DNA of 64,000 nucleotides from a bacterium (GTDB lineage Bacteria; Cyanobacteriota; Vampirovibrionia; Gastranaerophilales; JBAXKC01): NCBI GenBank assembly GCA_037137535.1, contig JBAXKC010000003.1, positions 59,387 to 123,386 of the forward strand, read 5' to 3'. Shown piece by piece: positions 58,469 to 64,000 of this stretch (position 1 is its first letter; each line of letters starts with the position of its first letter). The notes under the pieces were generated by a model. It saw only the letters and a program-made list of their open reading frames with translations, ran no database searches and was not told where the DNA came from. The position numbers and the translations under genes were made by a program.

Positions 58469-59602
58469 CTATTCTTCGATATTTTCAGTATTGTCTTCAT
58501 CGTAAGCCTCTTGCTCAGGCTCATCTTGATATTCTTCATCATATTGACGGGTATCAACTTGACTTAGACTTTTAATGTCGATTTTCCAATTTGTTAATCT
58601 GTGAGCAAGTCTTACGTTTTGACCCTCTCTACCGATTGCAAGACTTAATTGATCATCAGGAACAACCACAAGAGCTTCTTTTGCATCTTCGTTAAGAATT
58701 TCCACAGAGATAATTCTTGCAGGTGAAAGAGCATTAACGATAAACTCAGCAGGATCTTCCGAATATCTTACGATGTCAATTTTTTCATTTTTAAGTTCAT
58801 TGACTATTGTTTGAATTCTAGCACCTCTAGGTCCTATGCAAGCTCCTACAGGGTCAACTTCAGGATCTGAACTTGTTACGGCTATTTTAGTTCTGTAGCC
58901 AGCTTCTCTTGAAACGCCTTTTATTTCAACAATTCCATCTTCAATTTCAGGAACTTCGAGCTCAAATAGTTCTTTGACAATTTCAGGGTGTACTTGTGAA
59001 ACGATAACTTGAGGAAGTCTTGTTGTTTCTTTAACATCAAGAACATATACTCTTATTCTATCGTTAACTCTGTAGTATTCTCCTGAGATTTGTTCTCTTG
59101 GAGGTAAAATCGCTTCTGTTTTTCCGATATTTACTACAACGTTTCTATGCTCTACTCTTTGAATAATACAAGTTGTGAGCGTTCCTTTTTTTTCTAAGAA
59201 TTCATCTAAAACAAGTTTTCTTTCTGCTTCTCTGATTCTTTGAGTGATAACTTGTTTTGCTGATTGAGCAGCTATTCTTCCGAAGTCGTCAGGAGTTACT
59301 TCTATATCAACAATCCCGCCTATTTCAGCAGTTTTATTTATTTTTTTTGCATCTTCAAGAGAAATTTCTAAAAGTTCGTCAGCTACTTCTTCTACAACAT
59401 TCTTTTCTCTAAAAACGCCGATTTCACCTCTTTGTTCATCGACTATGGCTTTTACATTCCCAACATCATGGCTTCTGATGTGTTTTTTATAAGCTGTAAC
59501 CATAGCATCACAAAGTGATTTAATTACTACTTCTTTAGGAATGCCTTTCTCTCTTTCAATTTGTTCTGTAACTTCAAAGAGAGCTGTTCCAATTTTCTTC
59601 AC
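58469..59602 (-). CDS. nusA: transcription termination/antitermination factor NusA
   Basis: N-terminal domain, S1 domain and two KH domains (GACIGPRGARIQ, AIGREGQNVRLA). GTG start after a GGAG SD. Acidic C-tail. Confidence 0.95.
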   Translation of the reverse strand: MKKIGTALFEVTEQIEREKGIPKEVVIKSLCDAMVTAYKKHIRSHDVGNVKAIVDEQRGEIGVFREKNVVEEVADELLEISLEDAKKINKTAEIGGIVDIEVTPDDFGRIAAQSAKQVITQRIREAERKLVLDEFLEKKGTLTTCIIQRVEHRNVVVNIGKTEAILPPREQISGEYYRVNDRIRVYVLDVKETTRLPQVIVSQVHPEIVKELFELEVPEIEDGIVEIKGVSREAGYRTKIAVTSSDPEVDPVGACIGPRGARIQTIVNELKNEKIDIVRYSEDPAEFIVNALSPARIISVEILNEDAKEALVVVPDDQLSLAIGREGQNVRLAHRLTNWKIDIKSLSQVDTRQYDEEYQDEPEQEAYDEDNTENIEE

Positions 59603-59621
59603 TGTCGGACTCCTTTTTACC

Positions 59622-60113
59622 TTAAACTATATAATCTGCGATAAGTTTTATAGAGCTTATATTTTTTGGGTCAATTGTTATAATTTCGTTGTTATCTATT
59701 AATTTTAAGCTTAAACCTTTTTCTTCGTCATAGCCTTCTATTAAAGCGTCAAATGTTTTAGTTCCGTTTTCAAGAGGTTGGCGAAGTTTTACGTTTACCT
59801 TTTTTCCCGTAAATACTATATATTCTTTAGGGTTTTTTAATTTTTTTTCAGTACCAGGGCTGCTTACTTCAAAGTAAAAATTTACTGGTATAAGTGGTTC
59901 AAGTATTTCATCAAGAGCCTTTGTAATGTCTTCACAATCTTTATGACAAATAGGATGCTCAGGATGATATATAAATGTGCGTAAATGCCATCTGCCGCCT
60001 TCTTGAACAAAATCAACTTCCAATGCAGTTAACCCGAGTTCAGAAGCTGCTTTTTCTATGATGGGCGTAATAACTTTAATTATTTCATTTTTATTTACAT
60101 TTTGATTTTTCAT
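59622..60113 (-). CDS. rimP: ribosome maturation factor RimP
   Basis: 163 aa upstream of nusA. RimP pattern (L...E.....G..L..V.......LR..I......I....C...S..L....D...P....Y.LEVSSPG). Confidence 0.88.
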   Translation of the reverse strand: MKNQNVNKNEIIKVITPIIEKAASELGLTALEVDFVQEGGRWHLRTFIYHPEHPICHKDCEDITKALDEILEPLIPVNFYFEVSSPGTEKKLKNPKEYIVFTGKKVNVKLRQPLENGTKTFDALIEGYDEEKGLSLKLIDNNEIITIDPKNISSIKLIADYIV

Positions 60114-60211
60114 GAATTATTCCTTATTAACACTAAAAGAGTGGGCTTAGACGACCCACTCTCTCAATGAGATTAACTTAAAATATAACATCATCGTCTA
60201 TAAATTACAAT

Positions 60212-62482
60212 ATGTATTTTTTGTTATTCTTTATTATGCTATATTTTATTAGGAAAATAATAACAATACTCTGTAAAATCAAGAGGTTCATTTTGAGTAA
60301 TTTGCATAAATATACAAATAAAGCTGTTGATCTTTTGTTATCAACAAAAAATTTAAATATACTGATATTTTTTGTGACTTTAATTGTTTTAACAACATTG
60401 CTTTCCAGCAGATATTATATGTTTCAGACCGTTGCGGAAAATGGCATAAGTAAAATTGACATTTATGCAACAAAAACTATACAAGTAGAGGACAAAGAAA
60501 AGACTGAAAAGAAGAAAATTGAAGCAGCACAAAACGTAGAGCCAATTCTAAGACCTGATAAAGACGTTGAACGTGTCAATGACAGTATCGTGAAAAGCTT
60601 GGGCGAGCTTTTAAATTCGGTTAAAACTACTCGTGAAAGCAGTAATAATATAGTTCAAAAGAAAAAAGAACTGAAAGAAATTTTAGGGGTTAATGACGGA
60701 GATTATTTTAATAATATAATCTTAAATTATCTTTTAAAAAGCTCTGATTCTAGTTTTCAACGAATTGCAAACGAGTCAAATTCCGCACTTGAAGAAATAT
60801 TAAAAAAGGGTGTATCTGAAAAGGATTTAACTGATAATATTGATTCAATAATTCGTCAAGATGTGGGCAGAAATGTTTCAAGAACTCAATATTCAACTAT
60901 AAGCATCTTATTAAAGAGAGTTCTTGCTTCAAATATGATAATAGATGAAGTTGCAACTGAAATAGTAAGAAAAAATGAGATGAATTCGGTTGCTCCATCG
61001 GTTGTAACCTTTAAAAAAGGTGATTTGATTGTTAAGTCGGGCGATTTAATGATGAGATCTCAAAAAGAGGCTCTGAAACAGTTAGGATATAACGTTTCTA
61101 GAATTGATTTCATAGGAATTGTAGGTATATTTGCAATTACGGCTCTATGCTTGTATATAATTTCCTATTATTTGAGAACATTTAATGAAAAATTTGTGAC
61201 ACCGCCTTATTTATCGCTAATTTCACTTTTAATTATTTCGCTAACAGCTTTTGCAGTCTTTTTACCGACGGGAATCCCTGTTTATATTATACCTGTTCCT
61301 GCTATAGCTATATTAATAACCGTTTTCACTACTTCAGGTATCGCTATATTAACAACTATATTAACGGTAATTCTGATTTCAGTTGCATTGAGATATAACA
61401 TTGACGCTACTACTGTATTTTTAATAGGGGCAATGGTTGCGACATTTGCATCAAGTAAAATAAACTATTCCAGAAGAATAGACCTTGTAAGAGCAGGTCT
61501 TGATGTTGGACTTATACAGGTTTTAATAATTTTAAGTATTTATCTTTTAGAAAGCAGTTTTGGCGATATTAGTTTTAAATCTGTGATTATAGATTCATCA
61601 TTAGGCTTTACCAGTGGACTTATAGGTGGGATTATCTCTTTAGGAACACTTCCTCTTATAGAAGGTGCTTTTAAAATTATTACTCCTTACGGACTTGCGG
61701 AACTTGCAGATCATAATCAGAAATTATTGAAAAGATTGCAGTTTGAAGCACCGGGTACTTATCATCATTGTCTTATGGTCAGTAATTTGTGTGAAACTGC
61801 CGCAGAATCAGTGAATGCCAATCCTATTCTCGCTAAAGTCGGAGCTCTTTATCATGATATAGGAAAACTTAAAAGACCTTTATTTTTTGTCGAAAATCAA
61901 TCATATTTTGGAATAGAAAACCCTCATGATAATTTAAATCCAAGGTTGAGCAAGATGGTTATTACCGCTCATCCCAAAGATGGACTCGAACTGGCAAAAG
62001 AATATAGGTTGCCTACGGCTATTCATCAATTTATCACTCAACACCACGGAAACAGCTTGGCTTCATATTTTTACAGGCAGGCTCTTGAAATGGAAGGGGC
62101 TGAAAATATAAATGAAGAGCAGTTCAGGTATACAGGGCAAAAGCCTGCATCTAAAGAAACAGCAATTCTTATGATTTGTGATGCGGTAGAATCAGCTGTT
62201 AGAAGTCTTAAAAACCCTACTCCCGAAGAAATAGAGGAGATGATCGATAAAATCATAAAAGAAAGACTTCTTGACAATCAGCTTGAGGAAAGTGCGTTGA
62301 CTCAAAAAGACCTTAAGACAATTGCTCAGACACTTAATAGAACCCTTAGAGGAATGCAGCATCATCGGATTAAATATCATGAAAATATGCTTGAAGAGCT
62401 TAAAAATAAAACAAATACGATGAGTCAAGCCGCCTTACTTGTACAACAACAGTTTTTAAACAGTATTGATAAAGAGAAATAA
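60212..62482 (+). CDS. pgpH: 7TM-receptor HD phosphohydrolase (PgpH/YqfF-type cyclic-di-AMP phosphodiesterase family)
   Basis: Extracellular N-domain, seven TM segments and a C-terminal HD domain (HHCLMVSNL...YHDIGK...QHHG). The exact start is uncertain. Confidence 0.85.
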   Translation: MYFLLFFIMLYFIRKIITILCKIKRFILSNLHKYTNKAVDLLLSTKNLNILIFFVTLIVLTTLLSSRYYMFQTVAENGISKIDIYATKTIQVEDKEKTEKKKIEAAQNVEPILRPDKDVERVNDSIVKSLGELLNSVKTTRESSNNIVQKKKELKEILGVNDGDYFNNIILNYLLKSSDSSFQRIANESNSALEEILKKGVSEKDLTDNIDSIIRQDVGRNVSRTQYSTISILLKRVLASNMIIDEVATEIVRKNEMNSVAPSVVTFKKGDLIVKSGDLMMRSQKEALKQLGYNVSRIDFIGIVGIFAITALCLYIISYYLRTFNEKFVTPPYLSLISLLIISLTAFAVFLPTGIPVYIIPVPAIAILITVFTTSGIAILTTILTVILISVALRYNIDATTVFLIGAMVATFASSKINYSRRIDLVRAGLDVGLIQVLIILSIYLLESSFGDISFKSVIIDSSLGFTSGLIGGIISLGTLPLIEGAFKIITPYGLAELADHNQKLLKRLQFEAPGTYHHCLMVSNLCETAAESVNANPILAKVGALYHDIGKLKRPLFFVENQSYFGIENPHDNLNPRLSKMVITAHPKDGLELAKEYRLPTAIHQFITQHHGNSLASYFYRQALEMEGAENINEEQFRYTGQKPASKETAILMICDAVESAVRSLKNPTPEEIEEMIDKIIKERLLDNQLEESALTQKDLKTIAQTLNRTLRGMQHHRIKYHENMLEELKNKTNTMSQAALLVQQQFLNSIDKEK

Positions 62483-62483
62483 A

Positions 62484-63005
62484 ATGATGAAAACTTCTTT
62501 AGAAATTTCTATTTCCAATAATCAGGAAGCTATTGAAATAAATGAATTAAAATCACTTCAGATGACAGAACTAATGACTGATTGTGCATTATTATCGCCT
62601 GAAATTTTAGGGCATAGTGTTTTATTTGATATTGATTGTAAAAATTTCGTTATATCTTATGATCTTATGTTCTGTGATGATCAGCTTATTACTGAAATAA
62701 ACTCTGAATATAGGGCAAAAGACAAGCCTACCGATGTAATAACGTTTGCTCTTTTTGCAGATTCTCCCGAGTGCAGAATTATTACTGATAATACAATTAA
62801 TCTTGGTGAAATAATAATTTCTGCTGATACCGCTATGCGTCAGGCACAAGAAAATGATAAAACTCTTGAAGAGGAATTTTACTTTTTGATAAGCCATGGA
62901 GTTCTTCATCTTTTGGGGTTTGAGCATGAAAACGACGAAAAACTCGAGTTTATGTTAAACTTGCAGGATAAAATGATAAAGTATGCTCAGGATAACTTGG
63001 TGTAA
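62484..63005 (+). CDS. ybeY: rRNA maturation endoribonuclease YbeY
   Basis: Zinc motif HGVLHLLGFEHE. The ATG at 62484 lies just after the pgpH stop. The track's TTG at 62466 overlaps pgpH. Confidence 0.9.
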   Translation: MMKTSLEISISNNQEAIEINELKSLQMTELMTDCALLSPEILGHSVLFDIDCKNFVISYDLMFCDDQLITEINSEYRAKDKPTDVITFALFADSPECRIITDNTINLGEIIISADTAMRQAQENDKTLEEEFYFLISHGVLHLLGFEHENDEKLEFMLNLQDKMIKYAQDNLV

Positions 63006-63008
63006 AAA

Positions 63009-63419
63009 ATGTCAAAATACAAAGCAGGAAATATTTTTATAAGCTTTAAGTTTGCGACTAGGGGAATTTTATTGGCGATAAAGTCGGAACGAAATTTCAG
63101 AGCTGATTTGTTAGTCGCTTTTTTAGCGTTTATATTAGCTTTTTATTTTGATTTCTCACGTATTGAAATGGCAATATTAGTTCTTACAATTGGCTTTGTC
63201 CTCTTTGCAGAGTTATTTAACACCGTTATCGAGTTTATTGTAGATGCTTATTTTGGAAATAAATATTCAATTTTGGCAAAAATGGCTAAAGATACTTCTG
63301 CCGGCGCTGTTTTAATAGTGGCGGTAACTGCTGTTGGTATTGGGTTATTGTTATTTTTACCTAAAGTAATGCAGGCACTTTTTCCTCATATATCGATGAT
63401 GAAAATATTTATGCCTTGA
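63009..63419 (+). CDS. dgkA: diacylglycerol kinase / undecaprenol kinase (DgkA family)
   Basis: 136 aa with 3 TM segments and conserved ELFNTVIEFIVD and KD.SAGAV. Confidence 0.88.
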   Translation: MSKYKAGNIFISFKFATRGILLAIKSERNFRADLLVAFLAFILAFYFDFSRIEMAILVLTIGFVLFAELFNTVIEFIVDAYFGNKYSILAKMAKDTSAGAVLIVAVTAVGIGLLLFLPKVMQALFPHISMMKIFMP

Positions 63420-63486
63420 TTTTAAATCCTGTTTTTAAAGATAATATAAAGTAAAAATCCGTTATTATTAATTCTTTGAGGCTGTT

Positions 63487-64000
63487 ATGAAAGAAAAATT
63501 AGAACAAATCAAGTTAAATGCGCTTGAAGAAATAGAAAAAGCCCACAATCTTCAGGAAATTGAAAATATAAAAATAAATTATCTTGGAAGAAAAGGTGAA
63601 TTAAACACCATAAAAAGAGGGCTAAAAGACGTTTCACCAGAAGATAGACCTGCGGTTGGAAGTCTTGCGAATAGTGTGGCTGAAGAAATTGAGCTAAAGT
63701 TTGATGAAAAATTTAAAAAACTTCATGAATTTGCAATGCAGGAAAAACTTTCCGCTGAAAAAATAGATGTAACTTTACCGGGTATGTATGTGCCTTATGG
63801 TACTCAACATCCTATAACAGCTACTATTAATGAAATTGTTGCAATCTTTGGAAGAATGGGTTTTTCACTTGTTGATAACTCAAATAGTCCTGAAGTTGAA
63901 ACAGAATATTATAATTTTGATGCTTTAAATTTCCCTCCGGATCACCCTGCTAAGGATATGCAGGACACTTTTTACGTAACAATTGCTGATAATATAATTT
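63487..64000 (+). CDS. pheS: phenylalanine--tRNA ligase alpha subunit (5' partial, runs off the window)
   Basis: My own translation from the ATG at 63487 gives MKEKLEQIKLNALEEIEKAHNLQEIENIKINYLGRKGELN...HPITATINEI..IF..MGF. This is the typical PheS N-terminal coiled coil and the start of the catalytic core. The ORF is open to the end of the window. Confidence 0.9.
   Translation, partial: MKEKLEQIKLNALEEIEKAHNLQEIENIKINYLGRKGELNTIKRGLKDVSPEDRPAVGSLANSVAEEIELKFDEKFKKLHEFAMQEKLSAEKIDVTLPGMYVPYGTQHPITATINEIVAIFGRMGFSLVDNSNSPEVETEYYNFDALNFPPDHPAKDMQDTFYVTIADNII

Overview
AT-rich (about one-third G+C by eye), densely packed bacterial chromosomal window. It holds roughly 55 protein genes. I saw no rRNA, tRNA, CRISPR array or transposase. 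Most genes are housekeeping. They include a compact flagellar type III export-gate operon (fliP-fliQ-fliR-flhB-flhA), ruvB, valS, serS, the start of pheS, and recA-rny-ymdB. Also present are rimP-nusA-ylxR-infB-rbfA-truB, pgpH-ybeY-dgkA, cysK-cysE, purB, thrB, pilT, a phosphomannomutase, a plant/cyanobacterial-type gshA and cobO. Signalling genes include a hybrid histidine kinase, a CHASE2-GGDEF cyclase and a Cache-type MCP. Envelope genes include an OprB-type porin, SppA, a Yip1-family protein, a YibE/F protein, an RCK K+ channel and two sugar ABC permeases. The gene orders resemble Firmicutes, yet the cell appears diderm (OprB porin), with a GCS2-type gshA, PilT and flagella. This mix would fit a non-photosynthetic cyanobacterial relative (Melainabacteria/Vampirovibrionia-like), but that is only an inference. 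The most unusual locus is at 48.2-50.1 kb and consists of three small monocistronic orphan genes. Two of them are tandem paralogs that share a nearly identical ~240-bp leader plus N-terminal module. Both carry the His...Y-x-L-x3-N-C-x2-F dyad signature of permuted-papain thiol hydrolases (PPPDE/DeSI-like or LRAT/NlpC-P60-like). Other points of note: the RNase Y membrane anchor is encoded in frame upstream of the first canonical start codon; infB contains a near-perfect 69-bp tandem repeat; a small ORF is translationally coupled to the CHASE2-GGDEF gene; and several orphan proteins have polar N-termini and no signal peptide.
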